From NCBI GenBank assembly GCA_050248855.1, contig JBFWRP010000010.1, positions 64,001 through 128,000 of the forward strand: 64,000 nt of DNA, read 5' to 3'. This stretch comes from Planctomycetota bacterium (lineage in GTDB: Bacteria; Planctomycetota; PLA2; JAEUHO01). Under the pieces are notes generated by a model. That model was not told the origin of the DNA. It saw only the letters and a list, made by a program, of their open reading frames with translations, and did not search any database. A program made the translations under genes and the position numbers. Below, one piece after another: positions 25,648-34,143 of this stretch (position 1 is its first letter; each line of letters opens with the position of its first letter).

Positions 25648-26508
25648 TCACGAGCCCGCGAGCGCCTCTTCGGCCTTGCGACGCACGAACGGGTCGGTGT
25701 CACGCCGCGCCTGCTCCAAGGCCGCGCGGGCCCGCGGGTTGGGCAGTGCGTGCCCCAACCCCTGCACGGCCGCGGCGCGATCCGTCCAGTCGGCGCTCTC
25801 GACGAGGACGCGGATCAGCGCATCCACCGCCTGGTCGGTCCCGATGCGCCCCAGGGCCCAGGCGGCTTGGTGGCGCGTCCCGGGGCGGCCGGTGCGCAGC
25901 ACGTCGTCCCGGGCGAGGAGCGGCACGGCCGGCTCGCCGATGGCCGCGAGCACGGTCGCTGCGTCGCGCCGCGTCGTGTCGTCCATGTCGAGCTGCGTGA
26001 CCGTCTTGAAGGTGGTCTTGCGCGGATCGTCCGGATCCTCGACCTTGACCCGCAGCGGCTCGGTGAGCGGCATCGAGTTCATCACCAGCGGGCGACCGAA
26101 CCACGCAACGGCCACGGGCCCCACGTGACGCGCCTCTTCCGCCACGCGAGCCACTTCGCCCGCATGGCCGCCGAACGACACCGCCCAGAAGTAGCGGAAC
26201 AGGTTCTCGGCGAGCACCTGCTCGGCGGCCTCGCCGCGCGTCAGCCACATGCGGCGTCGCGACGGCCAGAGCGGCGAGCTGCGCAGGAAGTGCTGCCAGG
26301 CATCGGCGAAGATCTGGCGGTCGCTGGCGCTCAGCGCGACCGGCGGAGGGGTGCCGAAGTCCACCGCCGCCGTCCCCGACGCCGCCGCCGCACCGCTCTC
26401 CGCCGTGCCGGTGCCGGTCGCGGCGCCCTCGCCGGGCGGGGCCTGGCAGCCGGCAAGACCCACCACGAGCACCACGACATGGCAGCGACGGGCAAGGAGG
26501 GACCGCAT
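25648..26508 (-). CDS. HEAT/PBS-lyase repeat lipoprotein
   Basis: Lipobox VVGLAG-C; repeats TRRDAATVLAAIG, TRHQAAWALGRIG, DRAAAVQGLG, DPFVRRKAEEAL. Confidence 0.8.
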   Translation of the reverse strand: MRSLLARRCHVVVLVVGLAGCQAPPGEGAATGTGTAESGAAAASGTAAVDFGTPPPVALSASDRQIFADAWQHFLRSSPLWPSRRRMWLTRGEAAEQVLAENLFRYFWAVSFGGHAGEVARVAEEARHVGPVAVAWFGRPLVMNSMPLTEPLRVKVEDPDDPRKTTFKTVTQLDMDDTTRRDAATVLAAIGEPAVPLLARDDVLRTGRPGTRHQAAWALGRIGTDQAVDALIRVLVESADWTDRAAAVQGLGHALPNPRARAALEQARRDTDPFVRRKAEEALAGS

Positions 26509-26592
26509 GGTGAGGCTCCGGACGTCGCCCCAGGGAACCGGGCGGGCGTCACGGGCCGGTCAGGAGGCCGAGCGCCGCCGCAGGCGCGGCGT

Positions 26593-29500
26593 TCACACGT
26601 CGCTGGCCAGGAGCTCGACGCCCTCGACTTCCTCGGCGCCTCCCAACGCCGCGAGCAGCGCTTCGCTCGGCTGCACGGCCCACGAGGGCCCGGCCCGGAC
26701 CCGCGCGCGCGTCGTGGCATCGGCGGCGAACTCCAGGACGAGAGGCATCGGGCCGCTGTGGGCGACCAGGCGACTGCGCAGGCGCTCGAGGTCGCCGGCC
26801 TCGGTGCGACGCAGCCTGAGCAGCACCCCGCGCGCCAGCTTCAGCGGCGCCTCCTCGATGGGGATCACGGCATCCACGTGGAGGCTCACGGACTCCTCGC
26901 CGGGCTCCGCCTTGCCCTCGACCACGACGATGCGGTCCTCGGCGAGCAGCGACTCGACCTCGGCATAGGTACGCGCGAAGCACACGCACTCGACGCGCCC
27001 GGTGAAGTCCTCGAGATCGAAGAAGGCCATGCGCCGGCCCTCGTTGCGACCTCGTTTGACGAGCGCCAGGCGCAGGCCCCGGATCATGCCGCCCAGGCGG
27101 ACGGGCGTGCGTTCGCCCACGTCGCGCAGATCGGCCGTGCTCGCTCCGGCGAGCACGCGGAGGCGGCGCTCGTGCGCAGCCAGGGGATGGTTGGTGGCGT
27201 AGTAGCCGATGGCCTCCCGCTCGCGAGCGAGGAGATCGCGTTCCGCCCACGGCTCCACGTCGGGCCAATCGGCCTCGGCGTCCGGGGCGTCGTCGGCGCC
27301 GGCTAGCCCGAACAACGAGCCCTGCCGTGCCGCCCGGTCGGCGGCGGCCTCCGCGCCTCGCGCCAGCGCCCGCTCGAGCGCAGCCTGGAGCTGGGCCCGA
27401 TGCACGCCGGGCCGATCCAAGGCACCGGCGCGCACGAGCGCTTCGAGCGTGGCGCGGTTGACGCGCGAGGCGTCGACGCGCTCGCAGAGGTCGTAGAGGT
27501 CCCGGTAGCCGTCGTCGGGACGGCTGGCCACGATCTCGTCGGCCGCGGCGCGGCCGACGCCCTTGACGGCCGACAGGCCGTAGCGGATGTCCTCGCCCTC
27601 GACCAGGAACTCCCAGTCGGACTTGGAGACGTCCGGCGGCAGCACGTGGATGCCCATGCGCCGCGCTTCCTCGATGTACTCCGACAGCTTGTCCATGTCG
27701 GCCATCTCGCAGGTGAGCAGGGCCGCCATGAACTCCTTCGGGTGGTGGCGCTTGAGCCAGGCCGTCTGGTACGCGATCAGACCGTAGGCGACCGTGTGGC
27801 TCTTGTTGAAGCCGTAGGCCGCGAACTCGGCCAGCTGGTCCCACAGCGTCTCGGCCAGGTCCTTGGCAAAGCCCCGCTCCACGCAGCCATCGATGAAGCG
27901 CGCGCGGTAGGGCACGAGCAGCTCGGGCTTCTTCTTGCCCATGGCCTTGCGCAGCTTGTCCGCGTCGGCCAGCGAGAAGCCACCGAGCGCGTTGGCGATG
28001 CGCATGACCTGCTCTTGGTAGACGACGACGCCGCGCGTCTCGCGCAGGATGGGTTCGAGGGAGGGGTGCGCGTAGGTGACCGCCTGGCGCCCCGCCTTGC
28101 GCTCGATGTACATGTCCATCATGCCGGAGTTCATGGGCCCCGGCCGGTAGAGCGCCGTGATGGTGGCGAGGTCGTCGAAGCTCTCGGGGCGGATGCGGCG
28201 CAGGAGCTCGCGCATGCCGGAGCCCTCGACCTGGAACACGCCGAGCGCGTCGCCCTCGCTGAGCATCGCGTAGGTAGCGGGGTCGTCGAGCTCCAGCTTG
28301 TCCATGTCGGGGGGCGTCTGCCCGCCGCGCTCGATGAGCTCGATCGCCTTGGCGATGATCGTGAGCGTCCTCAGGCCCAGGAAGTCCATCTTGAGGAGGC
28401 CGACGAGCTTGTCCTCCAGGACGTCCATGGAGTACTGCGTCGCCAGGTCGTCGCCCACGCGATAGAGCGGGACGTGCTGCGTCAGGGGCCCGTCGGAGAC
28501 CACGATGCCCGCTGCGTGCTTGCCCGGGTTGCGGATGCGGCCCTCGAGCCGGCGCGCGATGTCCACGAGGCTGCGGTAGGACGGGTTGGCGTCGATCTCC
28601 TTGCGCAGGTCGGGATCGCCCTCGAGGGCGCCCTCCAGCGAGGCCCCGGGTCCGTTGGGGATCTTCTTCGCCAGCCGGTCCACGTCGGGAAGCGGCACCT
28701 CCAGGACGCGGCCGACGTCCCGGATGACCGCGCGCGCGGCCATGCGCCCGAACGTGATGATGTGGCTCACGCACTCGGCCCCGCCGTAGCGGTCCTGGAC
28801 GTAGCGGATGACCTGCTCGCGGCCGTCCTTGCAGAAGTCGATGTCGATGTCGGGCATCGAGATGCGGTCCGGGTTGAGGAACCGCTCGAACAGCAGGTCG
28901 TAGGCCAACGGATCGACCGTCGTGATGCCCAGCGCGTAGCTGACGATGCTGCCGGCGGCGCTGCCGCGGCCGGGCCCGACGGGGATGCCGTTGCGCTTGG
29001 CGAAATCCACGAAGTCCCACGTGATCAGGAAGTAGGGCACGAAGCCCATGCGCTCGATCACGCCTTGTTCGTAGGCGAGGCGCTCCGCGACAACGTCCGG
29101 GAGCGGGCTGCCGTACCGGGCCGCGGCCCCTTCCGCGCACAGGTGGCGGAACCACCCCACGTCGTCGTGGCCCGCCGGCGGCTCGTAGCGCGGCAGGTGG
29201 TAGGCCTCGGGGAGCTCCAGCTCGCAGCGGGCCGCGATCTCGACCGTGGCGTCGAGCGCGAACTCCATGTCGCGGAAGCGCGCCGCCATGGTGGGCGTGT
29301 CGTCGAAGGAGAGGATGCCGGCCTGCTCGCCGCGCTCCTGGCGCCGACGCCGACGATCGGCCAACGTCCGTCCCTGGCCGATGCAGACGTGCACCTCGTG
29401 CGCCTCGGCATCTTCGGGCGTGAGGTAGCGCGCACCCTGCGTGGCCACGACCGGCACGCCGGCCCCGAGGGCCACGTCCAGCAACATCTCCCCCAGGGCC

Positions 29501-30051
29501 GCTTCGCCAGAGGCGCCTGTGCGCTGGATCTCGACGTAGTAGCGATCGCCGAAGATGTCGCGCATGCGCTCCATGGCGCGCAGCACGCCGCCCCGGTCGC
29601 CGGCTTGCGCGTAGTGCCCCGGCTCGCCGGCGAACAGGCACGCCGACGTGCAGAGCACGCCCTCGGCGTGGGCCCCGAGCAGCTCCGCGTCCACGCGCGG
29701 GACGTAGTAGAAGCCCTCCGTGAAGCCCTTGCTCGAGAGCGCGAGCAGGTTGCGATAGCCCCGCTCGTCCATCGCCAGCAGGTTGAGGTGATGACCGGCG
29801 ACGGGGTTGCGCTCGCGGTCATGCCGCGACTTGGGCGCGAGGTAGGCGCCGAGCCCGACGAGCGGCTTGAGACCCGCATCCCGGCAGCGGCGCACCAGCT
29901 CGATCGCGCCGCACATGTTCCCGTGGTCGGTCAGTGCGAGCGCGGGCTGCTCGTGACGCGCCGCCGCCTCGACCAGCTCGGCCACCTTCGCCATGCCATC
30001 GAGCATGGAGTGGTCGGAGTGCGTATGGACGTGGACGAACTGGCGCGGCAC
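26593..30051 (-). CDS. dnaE: DNA polymerase III alpha subunit
   Basis: PHP HVHTHSDHSMLDG, GPGRGSAAGS, FERFLNPDRISMPDIDIDF, KMDFLGL, YGFNKSH, OB fold. Confidence 0.97.
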   Translation of the reverse strand: MPRQFVHVHTHSDHSMLDGMAKVAELVEAAARHEQPALALTDHGNMCGAIELVRRCRDAGLKPLVGLGAYLAPKSRHDRERNPVAGHHLNLLAMDERGYRNLLALSSKGFTEGFYYVPRVDAELLGAHAEGVLCTSACLFAGEPGHYAQAGDRGGVLRAMERMRDIFGDRYYVEIQRTGASGEAALGEMLLDVALGAGVPVVATQGARYLTPEDAEAHEVHVCIGQGRTLADRRRRRQERGEQAGILSFDDTPTMAARFRDMEFALDATVEIAARCELELPEAYHLPRYEPPAGHDDVGWFRHLCAEGAAARYGSPLPDVVAERLAYEQGVIERMGFVPYFLITWDFVDFAKRNGIPVGPGRGSAAGSIVSYALGITTVDPLAYDLLFERFLNPDRISMPDIDIDFCKDGREQVIRYVQDRYGGAECVSHIITFGRMAARAVIRDVGRVLEVPLPDVDRLAKKIPNGPGASLEGALEGDPDLRKEIDANPSYRSLVDIARRLEGRIRNPGKHAAGIVVSDGPLTQHVPLYRVGDDLATQYSMDVLEDKLVGLLKMDFLGLRTLTIIAKAIELIERGGQTPPDMDKLELDDPATYAMLSEGDALGVFQVEGSGMRELLRRIRPESFDDLATITALYRPGPMNSGMMDMYIERKAGRQAVTYAHPSLEPILRETRGVVVYQEQVMRIANALGGFSLADADKLRKAMGKKKPELLVPYRARFIDGCVERGFAKDLAETLWDQLAEFAAYGFNKSHTVAYGLIAYQTAWLKRHHPKEFMAALLTCEMADMDKLSEYIEEARRMGIHVLPPDVSKSDWEFLVEGEDIRYGLSAVKGVGRAAADEIVASRPDDGYRDLYDLCERVDASRVNRATLEALVRAGALDRPGVHRAQLQAALERALARGAEAAADRAARQGSLFGLAGADDAPDAEADWPDVEPWAERDLLAREREAIGYYATNHPLAAHERRLRVLAGASTADLRDVGERTPVRLGGMIRGLRLALVKRGRNEGRRMAFFDLEDFTGRVECVCFARTYAEVESLLAEDRIVVVEGKAEPGEESVSLHVDAVIPIEEAPLKLARGVLLRLRRTEAGDLERLRSRLVAHSGPMPLVLEFAADATTRARVRAGPSWAVQPSEALLAALGGAEEVEGVELLASDV

Positions 30052-30157
30052 GCCGCGAAGGTAGGCGCGCCCCGGGACAGGCTGCGTGACTTGGCGGCCT
30101 TCCCTTCGTCGCGCTCGATCGGAAGCAGCGGCTACGGCGGCTACGCGCGCCGCCCCA

Positions 30158-30350
30158 GCTCGCCGAGTGAACGCACGCCCAACCCCTGCAGGATCAAGCT
30201 ACGGCCGCAGCCAATCGGGTCGTCAGGGCGAAGGTAGCGCGCCACCATCGGCGACGACTCGTGGTCTGCGTCGGCCTGCCTTGGCAGGGCGCGCCGGAGG
30301 TAGCGACCCGAGGAGCCGATGGCGCCGCTGCCGCCGAGCATCCGGCGAGC
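30158..30350 (-). ncRNA. ssrS: Probable 6S RNA
   Basis: 193-nt intergenic segment with nested pairings 30158-65/30343-50, 30215-22/30304-11, 30237-43/30288-94; CUUGAUCCUGCAGGGGUU in 3' arm resembles the 6S central-bubble motif. Confidence 0.7.
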
Positions 30351-30388
30351 CGCACCTCGATCGACTCAAGCGACGATCGAGTCGCCCG

Positions 30389-31177
30389 CTACTCGGACTT
30401 GCCGAAGACGCGGAGAACCTTGAGCTCGCCGTCGGCGCGCCAGCCTTCGCTGACGAAGGTGATGTGGTCGTCCTCGGCGTGGAACTCGTCGCCCAGGCGC
30501 TCGTAGACCATTTGCCAGTAGCGGTTCTCGCGCACCTCGCGGTACTCGATCTCGGGCGCGGGCAGCTGGCCGTCCTCGGTCTCGGCGCGGATCGCCTCGA
30601 GCAGCTTCTGGTTGCGGTCGTAGTAGACGCTGTCGGCCACGATCTCGGTGTCACCGTACTTCTCGATGCGGAAGATGGCGATCGGGTCGACGAGGCCGTG
30701 CAGCTGGAGGGTGATGCGGTCGTAGAGCGGGTCGACCGGGCCGAAGATGGCGGCCATGCGCAGCGTCTTGCCGTTGGGGAAGAGCCCCACGGTGCTCTCC
30801 AGGCTCACCAAGTCGGGGTCGCGCTCTTCGCGGCGGATCGCCTGCAGGGCGAGCGGGCACCCACCAGCGACGTACGACTTGTCCGTGTCGGTCGCGACCT
30901 TGAAGAGCGGATACCAATGACGACCGTGCCCGGTGGCGTTGGTCACCTCGAGCACCATGTAGTGGTACGAGGTCGTGCCGCCCGCGCCGTCGGGCACGGC
31001 GACGGTCTTGAGCGGCCCGTGCTTCAGGTCCAGGATCCAGCGGGCGCGCGACTCTTCCGCGCGCGCCGTCCCGACGAGGGTCGGGGCGACCAGGCCTGCC
31101 GCGGCGGCGAGGACTGCGAACGCCCCCAGGCAAACGGCCCGGCGAGACGAGCGGACGGACGGGTGACGTTCGGACAT
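30389..31177 (-). CDS. Exported hypothetical protein (probable beta-sandwich)
   Basis: Signal peptide-like N-terminus ending ARA-EE; YHYMVLEVTNATG...PLFKVATDT; GGAGG SD before ATG 31177. Confidence 0.75.
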   Translation of the reverse strand: MSERHPSVRSSRRAVCLGAFAVLAAAAGLVAPTLVGTARAEESRARWILDLKHGPLKTVAVPDGAGGTTSYHYMVLEVTNATGHGRHWYPLFKVATDTDKSYVAGGCPLALQAIRREERDPDLVSLESTVGLFPNGKTLRMAAIFGPVDPLYDRITLQLHGLVDPIAIFRIEKYGDTEIVADSVYYDRNQKLLEAIRAETEDGQLPAPEIEYREVRENRYWQMVYERLGDEFHAEDDHITFVSEGWRADGELKVLRVFGKSE

Positions 31178-31364
31178 GGCGGAACCGGCCTCCCTCGGCG
31201 TGATGAACGGGTGAAGATACCCACGGCCGCCCCTGGGCGGCAAGCATCCGGCCCCCAGGTGGCGCATCGGTCTGCCCGACGGGACGGGCTGCCTGACGGG
31301 AACCTGCGCACGGTCCCGGCTTGGCGGCCCACCTCCGCGGCCGGCCGGGCCCGGGCAGGAGTCG

Positions 31365-32030
31365 CTAGTTCGAGGAGTCGAGCGCCCGCAGCTTGTCGCT
31401 GCTGGCCTCCTCGCCCAAGATCCGGGGCGGGCTGTCCGGGTCGTCGGGCTCGGTCATCCCGAAGTAGTCCCACTCCATGAACTGGGCCCCGCCGTCGGCG
31501 AAGGCGCAGCACAGGCCCTTGGCGTGGTGCAGGGGACCGTCGTCGTCGTCGCAGATGATGATCGCACCCTCTTCGATGCGGTTCTGCGTCAACATGTAGT
31601 CCTTGTCCTTGTTCCGACGGCCCGCGTAGCTCGTGAGCTCGTGGAAGTCCATGTCGTTCTTCAGGTTGTCCTTGGTGACATCCTTGTAGCGCTTCCAGTC
31701 CACGCTCTCGGTGGTGTAGAGCTGGTCGTTGGGGCTGAAGAAGATGCCGAGCGACCGCTCGTTGCTGGCGTTGAGGTCACCGTAGGCAACGGGCGACAGG
31801 GTGAAGTTCTTGCCGTTGTAGGGCGGCCACTTGGCGCTCGTCCGGCCCGCGGCATTCGCCATCATGAACTTGGCGATGCTGCCGATGTTGTCGAGGCTCT
31901 TCGTCCTCGAGCTGCGCTCGTTCATCATCGGGATGAGGACGACGACCATGCTCGTGAGCACGGTGATGATGCCCATCACGACGAGGATCTCGATGAAGGT
32001 GAAGCCGCTCTGGGCACGGGTGCGCTGCAT
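31365..32030 (-). CDS. Type IV pilin-like protein with prepilin cleavage/methylation site and H-X9-DG motif
   Basis: QSG|FTFIEILVVMGII (Glu+5); C-terminal H-AKGLCCAFA-DG. Confidence 0.9.
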   Translation of the reverse strand: MQRTRAQSGFTFIEILVVMGIITVLTSMVVVLIPMMNERSSRTKSLDNIGSIAKFMMANAAGRTSAKWPPYNGKNFTLSPVAYGDLNASNERSLGIFFSPNDQLYTTESVDWKRYKDVTKDNLKNDMDFHELTSYAGRRNKDKDYMLTQNRIEEGAIIICDDDDGPLHHAKGLCCAFADGGAQFMEWDYFGMTEPDDPDSPPRILGEEASSDKLRALDSSN

Positions 32031-32089
32031 CGTCGAAGGTCTCCGGATCGCCTGACGCCAAGGAGGAGGGCGCCGGTCGACCGCACTAT

Positions 32090-32105
32090 ATCAACCGGCG
32101 TGCCA
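32090..32105 (-). promoter_or_regulatory. Putative sigma54-like -24/-12 promoter of the pilin gene (TGGCACGCCGGTTGAT)
   Basis: Perfect -24 TGGCACG with correct spacing; -12 is TTGA instead of TTGC; overlaps a TATAGT hexamer. Confidence 0.5.
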
Positions 32106-32294
32106 GCACCCCGCCAGGGGGCGGGCGCTCGGCCTCGCAGGCCCCCAGCCCGCAGCAAAGCGGGCTTTGGGCACCTGCGGCGGCGGCGCGCACGTCATGC
32201 AGCCGGTCACGTCGTGACCGCCAGGCTGCCGCCCGCCTGACGCGAATCGGTCACCAGGTTCCCGGCGAGGTTGCCACCTGGCGCTTGGCGGCGG

Positions 32295-33464
32295 TCAGGC
32301 GCGCGCCGCGGCGCCCACCGCGGCCTGCAGCGCCTCGACCTGGTCGGTGCGCTCCCAGGGCAGGCCCTCGCGGCCGAAATGGCCGTTCATGGCCGTGTCC
32401 GCGTAGATCGGCCGGAGCAGGCCCAGTTGGGTGATGATGCCGGCCGGGGTCAGGCGGAACACCTCGCGCACCGCCCGCTCCAGGACCTCGTCGGGGGTCG
32501 CCGCGCGGCCCCAGCCCTCGGCCCGGACGCGGACGGAGACGGGCTCCGCCACGCCGATGGCGTACGCCAGCTGGACTTCGCAGGCGTCCGCCAAGCCGGC
32601 GGCCACGACGTTCTTCGCGACGTAGCGCGCCATGTAGCAGGCCGAACGATCGACCTTGGAGGGGTCCTTGCCGCTGAAGGCGCCGCCCCCATGCGGAGCC
32701 CAGCCACCGTAGGTGTCCACGATGATCTTGCGCCCCGTCAGTCCCGTGTCGCCCTTCGGCCCGCCGATCGTGAAGCTGCCCGTGGGGTTGACGAGCACGC
32801 GCGTCTTGGCGTCCACGAGCTCGCTCGGGAGCTCCGAGACCAGGTGCTCCATGAGGTCCGTGCGGATGCGTTCCTGGCTGACGTCCGCCGCGTGCTGCGT
32901 CGAGATCACGATCGTGTCGACGTGCGCCGGGCGGCCGTCGTCGCCGTAGCGCACGCTGACCTGCGTCTTGCCGTCCGGCAGGAGGTAGGGCAGGGTGCCC
33001 GACTCGCGCAGCGCCGTCAGACCCCGCTTGAGCTCGTGCGCGAGATGGATGGGCAGGGGCATGAGGGCCGGTTCGGTGTCGCGGCAGGCGTAGCCGAACA
33101 TCAGGCCCTGGTCGCCGGCGCCCTGCTCCTCGGGGTTGGCGCGGTCCACGCCCTGGGCGATCTCGGCCGATTGCCGGCCCACCGCGACCAGCACCCCCAC
33201 GTCGTCCGCGGGGTAGCCGGCCCGCGGGTCGCCGTAGCCGATCGTGCGCATCGCGTCGCGAGCGATGTCGGCGAGCTCGACGCGGGCGTTGCTGCGGACC
33301 TCGCCCCCGATCACGCACAGCCCGTTGGTCACGAACGTCTCGACGGCGACGCGGGCCTTCGGGTCCTGGGCCAGGTAGGCGTCGAGGATGGAGTCGCTGA
33401 TCGCGTCGGCCAGCTTGTCGGGGTGGCCGGAGGTAACGGACTCGGAGGTGAAGACGAAGGACAT
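32295..33464 (-). CDS. metK: S-adenosylmethionine synthetase
   Basis: [54 protein letters not shown]. Confidence 0.98.
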   Translation of the reverse strand: MSFVFTSESVTSGHPDKLADAISDSILDAYLAQDPKARVAVETFVTNGLCVIGGEVRSNARVELADIARDAMRTIGYGDPRAGYPADDVGVLVAVGRQSAEIAQGVDRANPEEQGAGDQGLMFGYACRDTEPALMPLPIHLAHELKRGLTALRESGTLPYLLPDGKTQVSVRYGDDGRPAHVDTIVISTQHAADVSQERIRTDLMEHLVSELPSELVDAKTRVLVNPTGSFTIGGPKGDTGLTGRKIIVDTYGGWAPHGGGAFSGKDPSKVDRSACYMARYVAKNVVAAGLADACEVQLAYAIGVAEPVSVRVRAEGWGRAATPDEVLERAVREVFRLTPAGIITQLGLLRPIYADTAMNGHFGREGLPWERTDQVEALQAAVGAAARA

Positions 33465-33640
33465 GGCATCTCTCCCGCGGAAGCGGCCGGATCCTACGGT
33501 TGGCCGGCGACGGCGGGCGGCCGAAATCGGCGCGCTCGGGACGCGTTCCTGTCATAGTAGGGGGCTGGTGGATCCATCCGGCGGGTCCCGCGGGGGCGGC
33601 TGGGCCGCCCCGCGGAGTTCTTCTGACGCGGAGATCCCAG

Positions 33641-34060
33641 ATGTCGACGAGGGCCTGCTGCTTGGACCCGTTGCGCTTCACCCGGTCGTCCCGTGGTGCG
33701 TTGGCTGGCACGAGAGGCACCGGCTCGGTGCGCCGCGCCGCGGCGCTCGCCGCCCTCGGCATCGCGCTCGCCCTGGCTGGCTGTGGCCACGGTCGGGACT
33801 ACGAGGGTGACGTCGTCGTGGACAACCGCACGGACCTCACCACGAGCGAGGACCTGCTCACGTTCCGGCTGGCGCGCTTCCGCCACGACTTCACCGGCGA
33901 TCTCCTGGGCGGCAGCCTGCCGCCCGCCAGCGCGCGCTTCATCGGCACGTTCCGCGAGGACTACTACGACGCGACCGGCGATCTGTCCGGTGGCGGCATC
34001 ATCGACTGGCAGGACCTGTACGTGGGGTACGAGCGCACGACCGTGTTCGAAGTGCGCTGA
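33641..34060 (+). CDS. Small lipoprotein, paralogue of 39307..39702
   Basis: Lipobox ALAG-C; GGAG SD before ATG 33641 (alternative GTG 33728); shares GD..VDN, TG.LLG..L.P, G.F.EDYYDA motifs with 39307..39702. Confidence 0.78.
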   Translation: MSTRACCLDPLRFTRSSRGALAGTRGTGSVRRAAALAALGIALALAGCGHGRDYEGDVVVDNRTDLTTSEDLLTFRLARFRHDFTGDLLGGSLPPASARFIGTFREDYYDATGDLSGGGIIDWQDLYVGYERTTVFEVR

Positions 34061-34143
34061 CCTCGCCGGACAGGCCCGCGCCGGGCGCTGGCCCGTCCAG
34101 CCGCCCGCAGGTCTCCCGCCGCCCAGCGGCAACCGGCTCCCCG

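Noticed and set aside
30110..30140. SRP RNA suggested by GGAAGCAGC
   Set aside because: Lacks the preceding CAGG-N-GNRA helix-8 partner sequence; none seen upstream of dnaX either
30141..30341. 66-aa ORF upstream of dnaE
   Set aside because: Coincides with the structured 6S-like RNA and has no protein features
33465..33640. SAM riboswitch upstream of metK
   Set aside because: No recognisable SAM-I/II core; a TAGGAT hexamer ~30 nt upstream of the ATG implies a leader too short for one
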